64,000 bases of DNA from Lama glama (lineage: Eukaryota), in the NCBI GenBank assembly GCA_028534125.1, contig CM052816.1, positions 92,382,001-92,446,000 on the forward strand, in the 5' to 3' direction. The translations under genes were made by a program, and so were the position numbers. Below the pieces are notes generated by a model. The model was not told where the DNA came from and ran no database searches. It saw only the letters and a list, made by a program, of their open reading frames with translations. This document shows, piece after piece, positions 13,048 to 25,600 of this stretch (positions within the stretch are counted from its first letter, which is position 1; each line of letters begins with the position of its first letter).

Positions 13048-13730
13048 AAAAAATTACTTTTATTTTTAAATTATTGCTACTGTTACTCTTGCTCTTCTGG
13101 GAGATAGACACACTGACATTTAAATGAATCACACTTCAAAGCACTGAGGACTAATACAGTAAATGAACTAAAGTTATTTTTTTATAATATCGGTGTAAAA
13201 CAGTGTGAGTTCAGGTTTCCGATGACATAAGCAACTGTTAGCAGTAGTCACTGAAGTTCGTACTTTGCCCTTTGCAACAAATACAGTCAATGCCATGTGT
13301 ATTTGAAAGTTTGGCTTCGCTGAGTGTTGTAAAATTTCATAATGGTGTACTTGATTTTGCCACACCTAGATAACCTCAGGTTAATACAGTATTGGTGGTA
13401 TTTAATGGCAGGTACTTAGGGCACAAGAAAAGGGCAAAGTGGTTTCCATGTACTTCTTGGATTCACAGATTTGTGGTCATGACATTTCGGTTGTTTATTG
13501 GCAGCGTTTTGCATTGCTTCTGAATGCATGCTGTACATCACGAAAATGAAGGGCGACTGCCTTTAAATATACAGTCAAAAGATTATGTAACAGAGTTAAA
13601 TCAGCATCTGAGCAGATGGCCTATTGTAGGGTCATTATGTGATTCTGTGAGTGTGCTATTTCTGAAGTGTGAACTGTTCATTCTGTTCAGATGGCTAGGA
13701 AAACAGCCTCCCCCAGAGAACTATGGGATG

Positions 13731-14033
13731 TAGCACTGTCCAACACAAACGTAATATGAGCCACACAGATAATTAAAAATTTTCTAGTAGCCCCATTTAA
13801 AAGGTGAAAATAATTTTTTGTGCTCTATTTTATTTAACCCAATATAGCAAATGCTATCATTTCTACATGTAATCAAAATTAAGTTCTTTAGGAGAGATTT
13901 CATCTGCTTTTGTACTGCATCTTTGATATCCAGTATGTATTTTAAATACTTAGAGCACATCTCAGTTCAGCCTGGTCACATTTCAAGTGCTCAGTAGCAC
14001 ATGAGGCCAGTGGTTGCTACACTGGCAAGTCCA
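13731..14033. mobile_element. MER33-like hAT-Charlie element
   Basis: gcactgtccaac...tttctagtagcc...tttatttaacccaatat...cacatttcaagtgctcagtagcacatgaggccagtggttgctac. Confidence 0.8.
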
Positions 14034-15062
14034 GGTCTAATGTTCTCGTTAAGTAATTGCATTAATAGCTTGATTGCAGCTTCAGATAGGAGGAAGAGAG
14101 GGGTCCAGTGAAATGTCTGCTCGTTGGCAGAAAACTTAATGTCAGTTCTTGAAAAGGAAAATGTAGACCGGACTTTCTGGAAAATATAACTTTATTTTTG
14201 AATTGTTTATTTGTACAGGTCAAATGCTGCTCCCTAGCAGAATTGACTTTATTTTTATGGAAAAAAACAAACATGGATTTAGTGTTAGTCACTACTTAAA
14301 GGAATTTAAAAGTCAACATGAGAGGGCCTTTAATGTAAAGGATTCCTTTTTTCCCTCCTGTAGCTGGGTCTCCCGTTGCCATAGCTACATGGGACGATAC
14401 AGTAGAAATTAAAAACTCCATTATAGTTCTAAAACTTTCTTTAGTTATCACATTACTTTCCAGCTAATGGTCGTTCTTTACTGTATTGGGCTTTTCCCAC
14501 TGAAAATGTACACGTTTTGTTTAATGAAGGCTTATGTTTTTATTTCACATGGTCAGTGAGAAGATGGCACTTGGACGCCATTCCAGATGCTTCAAAGCCC
14601 TCACTTACAGCAAGTACCAGCCATAACTAACAAAAAACCGTGTTAACTCATAGCCAGAACCTGTCGCGGAGTCTTAATTTGGAATGATTTTCCTCCTTCA
14701 GTGCTTCCTCTGGAATATGGGCTGTTTTATGCCATTTCGTTTTCAGAGTCAAAGAGCTGTTACTGTAATTCTGAGCGAGGTGATAACAGGCTCTGTCTTT
14801 GGGGCCGATTAAAAGAGCGGCTGCCAACCAGATGGCCCTCATTCTGAAGACGCAGAGAACTTTGAGCTTATTAGTGTTGTTTGGCGATGGAGGTTTCACT
14901 GGATTATTACCCTCACGGGATTCCTAATTGAAGCATGTGCTCGGAGTTAACTTGGAACGTCTCCACAAACCCATAAATTTATCACCCTTATGATGGCAGG
15001 CTCTCACAGAGTCTTCGCATGTTTTTGAAGTTTAAGAACTTAAAATTTTGAATGGTAGAAAT

Positions 15063-15543
15063 TGACAAAGATTCTCTCCTTAACCAGATTTTAGCTAGCC
15101 CTCTTCTGGACTAGGGGCCTCGACGTTGACCTTCAGTGCCTGTCCTTGCCTGGCCTGCCTTTAGCAAGAGTCCTGCCGTGTCAGTTTAGAGAGAACCCCC
15201 CACCTTTGATATCTGATCACCCTCAATATCTGGTCAAGTTCCTCATCCCTCAACTTTGATGTGTAAGCCCGTGGCCTGCCTTTAGCAAGACTCTCTCTAT
15301 GCTGGAAGGCTCCTCTTAGTAATTTGCCATCCCCTGGTGCTCTTGCTCTGCTCGTTGGCTGTAAATCCCCACTTGTCCTACTGTATTCAGAGCTGAGCTC
15401 TCTCTCTGCCCAGCACCACAGTGCTGACCCCCTAGTGCAGTAGTCCTGAGTAGAGTCTTCTTTACTGTGTTAACAAGTGTCAGAATAACTTTTTCTAGCA
15501 CCTGGACTTCCATAAAATAAGTAAGAATAACTTTTTCTGTAAC
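15063..15543 (+). mobile_element. MER31-like ERV1 solo LTR
   Basis: tgacaaagattctctcc...tttagcaagagtcctg...gatatctgatcaccctcaatatctg...ggctgtaaatccccactt...tttactgtgttaacaagtgtcagaataactttttct. Confidence 0.8.
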
Positions 15544-18500
15544 GAAATAATAAGTTGCATAGGAAGCCCTTGTATTAAAACTTCAGGGCAATTTTATTGT
15601 GTAATGATACCAGCAAGTTCTTGTTTCATTCCAACTGAAAAACACTCCTTTAGCAGGCTGAAGGAAAGCATGTGGTTAGAGTTGAAGTTCATACTTATTT
15701 AGAAAGTTCACTCATCTGTGACTCTTATTTTATGTAGGTATTTTATTATACTTACCACCAACGTGTCAAAGCTGGCCTAAAACTTATAAAAAGCTTATTT
15801 ATAAAATGCTGGATTTCCCTGGCCTGTTTCTGCAGCAGTGAAGTTCTTTTTAATTTATAGCACGGTGTTTGGCCCAAAATATGTGGGCATGGGTATCTCC
15901 CAGTGATGTTGCTCCTGAGCTGCAAAGGTTGTCTGAGACTAAGCTTAATTTGTTTTAACCCACTTGTAGGTAGTCAGTGGGAACTGGCTGGGAAAGCGGA
16001 TCTCTCTATGACAAAAATACGTGTACTAAAATGAAGGTGGGAGAGAATTCCATTTAACCTTGGAACAACTTTCACTGCGGAGAGGACCTCCTGGATAAAT
16101 GCCAGGCCCGTCGAGAGGGCTTATTTCTCTAGAACGTCCTGACCCACGTTGCAGGCCTTCTTTATTAACGTTGCGAGACCCCAACATGCATACCTTTGTG
16201 TGTCCATCTGTGTCCTGCCAGAATGTCTTTCTTCAGTGTTAAGTTATTTTACAAGTTATGCAAAAGAGAGAAAGGCTGCAGAGTAACATGCAGTTTCAGC
16301 ATTTCATTTTTCTGAAGATAAACATGGAAACGGAGAGTCACCTGCCAGGACTAGATCAGCTGTTCCTGGACACTGGCTGGCAGTGCCTGTGCGTGACCGA
16401 CAAGGGACAGCTCGTGCCAGTGACCTGACCATTAAGTCTCTATTCAGAGTTGAGCCTTAGAGTGAAACCACTTTCAGTCTCTATGTTACAAACCTCAATA
16501 AATTTCTGTGTGTTTTTAGAATAAATTATTTCATGATTTAAAAAGAAAACTAGCTCTTTTCCAAAGTAACTCTGCAGAAGCAATTAAATCTAAGTTCTTT
16601 GTCAAGGCCTTTGCTGGAGGATTCTCTATTAAATGTCTGTTGTGTACACGTTTCAACAAGTCTTAGAACAGAGTGATAGTATTTCAGTGACACTTTTTTA
16701 TTTCTTTGTGTAAGAAGCTACGGCAGAATTGCTGTGTCACATTAGAAAACTGATAACTGTGAGGCTGTGGGTAGTGTGGGGCCAATGTGCACAGATGCTC
16801 TGACTTACATGCGTATGATCCTTTTTCTGCTTCTGCTTCATTAAAAAAAAATATTTTTTTAAATAAAGCCAGACAGCTCCAGGAGGAGTAGATGGTGGTG
16901 GGCAGGGGCCAACTTTCTCGCTTGGCTGGTCCCACGAGAAAACAAGAGAGTTTTAAAGACGGAGTTTGGGAAAAACCTGAACTTCCACACGGAATGAAGG
17001 AGGTGAGAGAAAAGAGCTAAAGCCTTCATCAGGGTGCATCACGCGTCCAAACTGTGACGGACAGACTCATTTGCTAGCTCTTGATTTCCTTAAATCTTGC
17101 TCTTTCTGCATCCGCACTACAAATTTAAATTGTACTGTTATCAATATACCAAGCTCTTTATTTTCTTTACAAAGAAAGCGTAGACAAGCCCTCTCTCCAG
17201 GCAAAGCCTGCCTCTGAGGGATGCTGGTGTTAGAGGTTGTCTAGCCATGTTTGAGACTTGCTGCCACCTGGGAACAATGCTTTAGACAAAATACCCTGAT
17301 TCTTTGCATCATGAGCCTCGACATACAAAGTGATGGTGGTGTTGCACTTTCTAAAGCCAAGTCTGACCCCTTGAATCTGTGTAAGATAAATACAGGGGGA
17401 GGGTAGAGGAGTCAGAAGGAAGCTGGATGGACAGTCTCTGGTGAATGCAGAGTGTATAACTGGGGGAGGATTAATTCAACATGGCAGATGTGGTCCCTCT
17501 CACAGTCGTTGAGAAGTGCCTCTTTGTTCTTATATTCACGTGGGCGCTTCATTTTTAATTTCAGTCCCTTTTGGCTCTTCCTCTTTCCACATTTGCATTT
17601 CACTCATTTCCACTCCTGTTGAACAGTCTGCGTTGTTTGCTTCCCTGTGTTTTAGCGTCACACAGAGAATTTTACCGCCCTCACCCAGCCTGCAGGGTCA
17701 GACAGCCTGTGACACGTGTACCGCGCGGCTGCCAGAGTGCGCCACGGAAAGCCAAACAGAGTCCGTAAGCTTTGATTCATCCTTGCTACCCCACAGTATC
17801 CGAGCCTAGACTCTTACACGATACATCCTTTCCATCTGTCTATTTGGCAAAAACAACAGAAAAATGAGAGTCCATGTCTAAAGGAACTGAAGCATTTTAT
17901 CCAGGGAAATAGTTGAATTTAGAAAATGCCATGCCGCAGAATCATCAAAGCAGATTTCACATTATTTTTTAATTTTAGTAAAGTGTGTCCAACAGAAACT
18001 CATGGCAATATGTGTAGGAAAGCCAGGAGCCATAGAGTTAGGTGGAAGCACGTGTTCCCGGCCCAGGGCCCTGTCTTTCTTCTCATCCCAAAGGAGTGTT
18101 TTTCTTTTCCCGGTAGGAGAGTTTGTTTTGCCATCATGTTGCATGGTGGCCAAAGCTTGTGGCTTGAGTGTTGACTTCCCTGCCTCTTGGTCGGGTGAAC
18201 GCTGGAGAAGCTTTTCTTGGTTCCAGACCAGCCTATTACAGAGGCTCCACTGAGGAACACTCAGAAGAGCTTGACGTCCATGTTCCGAGAAAGATGGCTG
18301 AAACGCACGGGCCTCGTGAAAATATGGACGCCTGAACAAAACCCTTCTGTGAGGGAAGAGATCCAGGGAACGCGTCATCAACAGACTTCTACATCCTTTA
18401 GAATGCAGGCATGATTTTTTCCCACTTCTGAACCTGACAGTTTCCAAGCTGAACCTCTCTCTTCCCTCTCACGCTGGCACCGGTCCCTCTTTTATGCTCC

Positions 18501-20559
18501 AGATCACTCTCTGGTGCCAAGTTAGATCATTTGGAAATGAAAGCACTGTGAGAGAAAAGTCACTAGTCCAGCTATTTGAGGTTTAGAAGAAGCTAAACTT
18601 GGATTCATTTAAAGTAGCTCCTCTCTCTTAGAGCATCTAAACCAATCCTCTTTGATTCTGATGTAAGGAAACTGAGACCCAGAGAGGCTACTTGTTGAAA
18701 GTAACACACTCAGCTACGGCAGATTCAGAAGGAGAATGTTCCCTCCTAAGACAACCAGCTCCTGCCTTCAGCTGCTTTAGGTCGACACAGGACCATGTGT
18801 TTAGGTTGGGAAAAGAAAGCAATTCAGCATGATGTGTCTCCACATTAAAATAACTGGGGACAGCTTATAGGTCAGGGATACTTTCTCACCAGCTCACCTT
18901 CGCTGCTTTGTTACCTGATTTACCGAAAATACCTTTAGCTGGATTGGGCAGTTGAGTGAGTAGGTCCTGCAAACAGAAAACTGCAGAGAACGGAACTCAG
19001 AATTGGCCATTTGCAATAATTATCCATCCACCATGGGTCACTGCTAGCTTACTGGCTGGAGTCCTGGATCTTAACCTTAAGAGCCTGAGCAACCTGATTT
19101 TTAGAGCGGCTCGACTCAACAGGGCAACGTTTGGAATCCTTTCCAACTTGTCTTCAGCAGTGTTAGTGGTACCTCTGCGCTCTGCGACACTCTGGTCAGT
19201 GTTTCTGTCTGCCCAGTGGCCCCCGTCTCTGTATGTACCCTTGGTGTTCCTTTTTGTGTTCGTCTGGAAATGGCCAAGCTGTGGTTATGATCTTACACAT
19301 GAAGAATATTCCTGGGTAGGGGCTCGTGAAGACTTTGTCGTCCGTGAGAACCCACTTAGACCAAAGAACCAGCATATCTCTCGGGAAATGTAGAACCCAT
19401 GGAGTTCCCTGGAAGTCATATGGATTTGGAATCATATGGAAAATCAAGATCTCTCAGGTTTTTATAATGATCTGGGAGAGGAAATATATGGTGGAAAAGA
19501 TGGTGAGATTGCAAATGACGAGAAGAGCTATTAAAGAAATGTCAAGCCTGTGCCTGTGTTCTGTTGCAGCACACACTTGCATGCACAAAAACCCATTCAC
19601 ATACGTACACTCTATTGACTAGTGAATTTGCACGGGAGAGACTCCTTTAATTATGATACAATGGGCATCCGTTGTTCGATCTTCACTTGTGGTCCCACCC
19701 GGGAGAATTGTTCCTCTTTCTTGAACATGTCAGCCCCAACGTCCTGCTAGAGCCTTGTGGGTATCATTAGGCAGAAAACATTTTAAGTGAAACAGAAAAC
19801 TATTCCTTTTCTAAGTAACCACAGACCTAAAATCCTAAGCATAGTTTGTATAGAATTATTGAATTTCCAGAAAGGCCCAAGTGAAATGTTCCAAAGGACA
19901 GAGATAAGATGCTGGTGTGTAAGAACATAGCTCAGGGATCAGGACTCTTCAGACTAGAAAGGTGAAAACTCGGCTACGTATTCTAATTCTATTTTTGAAT
20001 ATAAAGTAAGAATGGCCTTGTTTAGTAAATACTGGCATTCTGGCTTTAGGACTCTGCTGCCCACCCCCCACCCCTACCATGGAATTTGAAGGAACTAAAA
20101 TTTTATTTAGAGAAGAGAGGGAGGAAGGAAGAGAAAGAGCTGGCTTAGATGACTATTAGTGAATATAATGACCCGAGGAGGTGACGGAGGTTGAAACTAT
20201 GAGCTGTTCAGATAAATTCTTGAATGGTTAGATCCAAGGTGTATCCTTGAGTTGGAGTCAAAGCATGCTATAAAATGCACCTTGGTGTCAGAAACAGACT
20301 ATTGAGCTTAAAATTAAAAAAAAAAAGATTTGACTTAATTCATCCACTTTGGGTCCATTATTTACATTTTTGGATACGTGATATTTACCAGAAGCTGCGC
20401 TAGTACATTGATCTCTCTCTCTCTCTGTCTGTCTCTCTCGCAGACACACACATACAAATGCAAACACACACACACAGTCTTCCGCCCTCATGTCATTTGT
20501 GATCTTGTAGAGCAGGCACACATATAAGTAACTAACTTTATAGCACTATGTATAAATGA

Positions 20560-20990
20560 AATAAATGTCATGCAGAGATTAACAGCTGTCTATTGAAGTG
20601 ATATTGAAAAGGGAATAGTTGATTCTGCTATGAGATGGGAATGCCATCTCAAAGACCTCAGAACCTGAGCTGAGTCTTGAAGGATGAGAGGGAAATTAGA
20701 AGAGAGGCTTGCATGGCCTCCAAGCAAAGTGGGGGGGGAGTGTGCCGCTCAGGGGCTGGGGACTGGTTGGAGAGAACTGGGACACGGGGTGCAGGGAAAG
20801 ACAGCTGGGAAAGAACCTGACACAAATCAGCCACAAGCAGGAGTTGAAACTTAACGGTTTGTTGGCGGTGGGAGTCCTTCATGGGTTTTGAAGGTGGAAG
20901 TGGCATGATCTTGTCCATGTTGTAAGAAGATGACTCTGGAACAGTGTAGTGAAGCAACTGGAAAACCAGGAAATGAGAACTGGAGTTGAT
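20560..20990 (-). mobile_element. L2 fragment
   Basis: gagctgagtcttgaaggatgagaggga...gggttttgaaggtggaagtggcatgatc...aagatgactctgga. Confidence 0.6.
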
Positions 20991-21658
20991 AAGCCGTGGC
21001 AGATATACTGACTGGGGACCAAGTGCCAATAAAGCCCAGTCTCTGAGGGAGGCCCCTCCCAGGGGCCCTCGGGGGAATCCAGGCATTGATGGTCATCCTG
21101 GCACACATCAGTATAGATCCTCTTCGCGCTGGGAGTTTCCAGAATGACACGGAACTTTGTGATCCCCTTAGCGCTACAAAGCTGAGGATACTGTTACACA
21201 TTTTAATTAAATGTAGTTCTCCTTTTTTTTTATTCTGGTGACTCTTCTGTGTTTATATTTTGGCCAAAATAACTCCGTAATAGCCACCTGAACTTAACAT
21301 TTCCCTGGGGAATTCAGGCTTCCATCAGCATGAATCTGTGCAGTACTTTTGCTGAAGTTTATCCTCCCGAGAGTATCTGTGAGCTGATTTTAATACCACC
21401 TTGTAACATCCTAGAACCTTTCCATGGACGGAAAAGTGGCTTATGCTACTAAGAACCTATTCAATCATAGGTCTTATGACAAGGATGATTACACAGAATA
21501 AAATTCAAAGACAGCATTTTGCCTGTACTGTTACCGCCCATGGTACTCAGTTCGTGCCGCCTGTATTCTCGTTGGTTGTACCGCAGGTCTCTTTCCCCGT
21601 CTAGACTGTCAGTTGCTTGAGGGCAAATATGCTTTATTCCCCTTTTAATTGTTCCTCA

Positions 21659-22002
21659 TGTTAAAGAAGAAATTAGTCTGATATTTGTCAAAATGGTAAG
21701 GAAGACTTTATTCAGGACTATTGCAATAACGCTATCGTATTAGGGGAGAGAGACCAACGCAACCCTGAATATAGCAGGACAAGTGGGGATTTGTAGCCAA
21801 CGAGCAGAGGGAGGGGCTCGGGGATGGAAAATTACTAACAGGAGACACCAAGGGTGGGGATTCCTGCTAACCTGACGGAGCACGATTCTTGCTACAAATA
21901 GACTAGGCAGACTGCAAACAGGACCCCAGGTCAATGAGGCCTCATGGAGATGATGGCTCAGAGGAGACTGACTGTTGTTGGGTCAATGAGAGAGTCTTGT
22001 CA
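21659..22002 (-). mobile_element. MER31-like ERV1 solo LTR
   Basis: tgttaaagaagaaatt...ggaagactttattcaggac...gtggggatttgtagccaacgagcag...gagagtcttgtca; homologous in reverse to 15063-15543. Confidence 0.8.
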
Positions 22003-22066
22003 GCTACAGGACCCAGAATTGCTTGTTTGATGTTTTAAAACTGGAAAACATATATATATATTGAGA

Positions 22067-22079
22067 GTGTGTGTGTGTG

Positions 22080-22110
<31 letters not shown>
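22067..22110. repeat. Compound microsatellite (GT)8(CTGT)7
   Basis: Read directly from the sequence. Confidence 0.95.
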
Positions 22111-22443
22111 GAGGAGGACCTGAGATGCCCCTGGACAATTTGTTTCCAGACCAAGAAGCATCATTAGAGATTTATGCAACCGGCAAGGGGGCTCTGGGGG
22201 AAGGAGGTGGCCAGTATATTAACGTGGGTAGAGGGAGGGGGTTATTTTGAGAACAAGGGCCAAATCAGAAACATTTACCAAAAAGTTGGCTACTCGGTTT
22301 ACTGAGATTTTAGTAGAAAATGACTTTTTGGTTTTGATTTTAATCTGAGGAAACATTCATCCTTAAAGAAAAATCTGTTTTCCCTTGGTAGTTTTCAACT
22401 TGTTGGTGCCGTATTTGGTTTATTTTTTTAAATAAATACTCTT

Positions 22444-22610
22444 GGGGAGGGTATAGTTCAGTGTGTAGAGCATGTGCTTAGCAGGCACAAGGTCCTGGGT
22501 TCAATCCTTAGTACCTCCATTAAAATAAGTAAATAAATAAATAAATCACCACCCCACCCCCCCGCCAAAACAAATCAAATGTTTAAAAAAAATGCTTCTA
22601 AAAATAAATA
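22444..22610 (+). mobile_element. Camelid tRNA-derived SINE
   Basis: ggggagggtatagttcagtgtgtagagcatgtgcttagcaggcacaaggtcctgggttcaatccttagtacctccattaaaataag; approximate TSD aataatactctt / agtaaatattctt. Confidence 0.92.
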
Positions 22611-25600
22611 AGTAAATATTCTTAACAGAAAAAAAATCTACCCTTTAGGGTCAAATGATTAAAAGTATCCAATCAAGAATTTTATAAAAGGAAATATATT
22701 GAGAGAGAAGGAAGAAAAGGCCATGATGCTACCATGAATTGAAGTAGAAAAATGTGTTGTTTTCTACGTTCTAACGAGCCACAATGGTGCCATGTCTATT
22801 TCCTGTTGGTCTTCAGACTTTGAAGAATTAAAAGTGGAAGAAATTGAATAAGATGGACAATATCAAGCATGACTCTTTATGAAAAAGTGGATGAGATATT
22901 CCCACTCTAGGACCTTGTTGCCGAGGCTGATTTGATTGTTTAACTTGGAAAAGGATTCGTATTGGTCAAGAAAATAGGAACTTAACAGACAAAAGGGGTT
23001 TCCTCTGAAACAGGTGTTCAAATGTTAGTAAACTAAAAATTCAGTGGGTCGAAAATAGACATTTCAATATTCGTTTTATTCTTGTCTTATCACACAAGGT
23101 TAATTGTTGACTTGCATTAGTGGACAATGTGTAACATCATCAGAATTCTGTTAAGCTTGTGAGTTCCAACAGCGCACCCCCACAAGGCAGTTCAAAGGGC
23201 TCTACAGTATACTGGGATTTTTATGAGCTGAAACCAGCAATCCTGCCTGCCACTGACTTGGTGCCATTGTGCATGGGGGCCTCTTCATCTGGAAAAGAAT
23301 AATTGTCTGGTCTGGGTGACCAGTGGAGTCATCAGAGAAGAAAGAGTCCGGGCGCCCAGACTCCGGGTTTCTCCTCTTTCGCCTGCCATGTCTCTGAGCT
23401 GGAGATCTTGGTCCGCCCTGTCCTTTTCTTCTGTGTGAGGAAGGTCGCAAAGTGGCTGAGTTTATTTCATTGGCACAGCTGAGTCTCTTGCAAGCCAAGT
23501 AACTATTTCATTACAGTCAAAGTGTTCAGAATGCTGCATACCGCTCTGGGCAAAGAGGTTCCCTAATGTAGGAGGCTGTGTGGGCTGGTGCCGGAGGGAT
23601 CATGAGCTGTACTTGTGGGAACATGATTAATCTGTTTTTAATAGTCCATTTATTTCCCACCTACCTTCTTCACCCCACAATGCCCCCGTTGTAGTCATTA
23701 TTCTCTGTCAAATGACATTTTGCCACCATGGACATGAGAGCATTGATTCTGGAATTTTATGAATACACTCTACCATCCAGGGGTCTAGGTGTAAAAGAAG
23801 TTAAAAAAAATGAACTTGACAGTGATTTGCAAGGTTTGATCTCATACCAAATCTTTTGTTCTTTGGCTGACTTTTTAATTTAGGAACGAGAAGTCCACCA
23901 TGGAATAATAAGTCATGGAGCAAAGGACGTGGAATGGCTTCAGAGGGCACAGAAAGTGGAAGTTAAGCATGTGCTTGTCTCTAGTTTCTTAGCATTGCAA
24001 GAGATTCCTGAAACCTGAAAATCCTGGGATAAACAGCCAGGCACTGAATTCACGGTTAATTTCATAAGTCTTGTCACTTGGGTACTTTAAACTCAAAATC
24101 AATCAGAGTTAATCCTGGACAACCTTATCAGTGCTATCAGGTACAAACATGTCCATCATGATTCTACTTTACATCTTAAAAGTTAATAATTTGCATGCTT
24201 TCATAAGTGTTATTTCAACTGTCCCACGAAATTCAGAATTGCATCTTCCATCTTCCCTCCCTTGGGTGGGATTCAGGAGCTGTTGGTGGGACACAGCCCT
24301 AGGAAGAGTCAGGACAGTGGGCAGTGATGCCACCGGAGACCTAAAACAGTCAGTGTCTGGCTGCCACTCAGCTGGCATCCAAAACCTAACTTCCTGTTTA
24401 GGCTCCTTTGTGAGCAAAAGCTTGGTTTCAGATCTTAATTCTGTTTTGGCTTCAGAAGCCCAGTGCCCAATCCAGGGTCACACTGAGACCAACCAGGCTG
24501 ACTCAGAGGAAGGAGCCGTCCTGTTGAGTCATCCACTCCACTTCCTGTGGGTCCAGAGTTTTCTTTGGAGTCCTCTCATCCAAGTGGTCCCTGGCCTTAG
24601 CCTGAAAAGTTTGGGAAGCTCAGAAGGATAAGAACTGAACATCTGCAGGTCCTACTTCTGGCTTTCATCTCTATGGAAAGGCATCATTTCATCCCATGAA
24701 CAGCTGATTTCAAGGAGAAATAGAAAACTGTGGCAGAAGAGAATCAGGGTTCTCTGTTGTGATGGACACACATCTCATCAAAGCACTTAAACACTCCCAT
24801 GTCCCGTGCTACTTTGCTGGCTTGTAGATTTATGGTAGGGGGACCCAGTGCCTGATTTTTAGGGATTTCTAACCTAAATGGATGACCCTAGTGAAAGCAC
24901 ATGTCAAGACATACATACCAAAATTGAAAATATTTTAATAAGCTGACCTTTCTCACAACTGGTTCAGGTTAGGAAAATTGGTACCTAAACAGCCAAGAAA
25001 TTTTACAATCCTTCTTCATGAAGGCCAAGTGTTGACTCAGTCGCACAGACAGGATATCGGTGTGGCTGTGACTCTGTGGTAGGCGGTCTGAGGCGGGGCT
25101 GGGAAAGAAGAGGCACCAGAAACCTTTCATCACGTGGAATTAAAAAATAAGATGAGATTTTTAAAGGAGAACTATATTTTCTCAATACATGGCAACCTAT
25201 ATTGTGATGTTATAGCTAACATAACATGGGCTTCCTAAAGTGAAGAATTCCTCAGTGCAAAGGTGCTGCCGGCCAGCTCCCTTTCTTCTTTGTTACTTAA
25301 TCAGGTATCAGTTCAGAGATTCACTTTTGTCTGCAATTCCTTTTCATACTTACAAGAGGTCACAAGAGGACGGTTAAAACTGTCCAGAAGATGGATCACA
25401 TCTGATGCAAGAGCAGCTAAGGCCCATTCCCATTAGAAGGGCCTCCAAGAACAGCACACACAGGAACTCGCCTTCTTGCTCCTGGCACTCTGCAGAGTCG
25501 TCCCTGCCCTCGTCACGGGAGGTTGACCTCCTGCCACGGCACAGCCAGCACTCGCTCCCCTGGCTCCCTGAGAAAAGAGTTCCCAGTGTGTGATAGTCAA

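Noticed and set aside
15063..22002. Two MER31-like LTRs ~6 kb apart as a possible provirus
   Set aside because: Opposite orientation and no gag/pol/env remnants recognised between them; independent solo LTRs.
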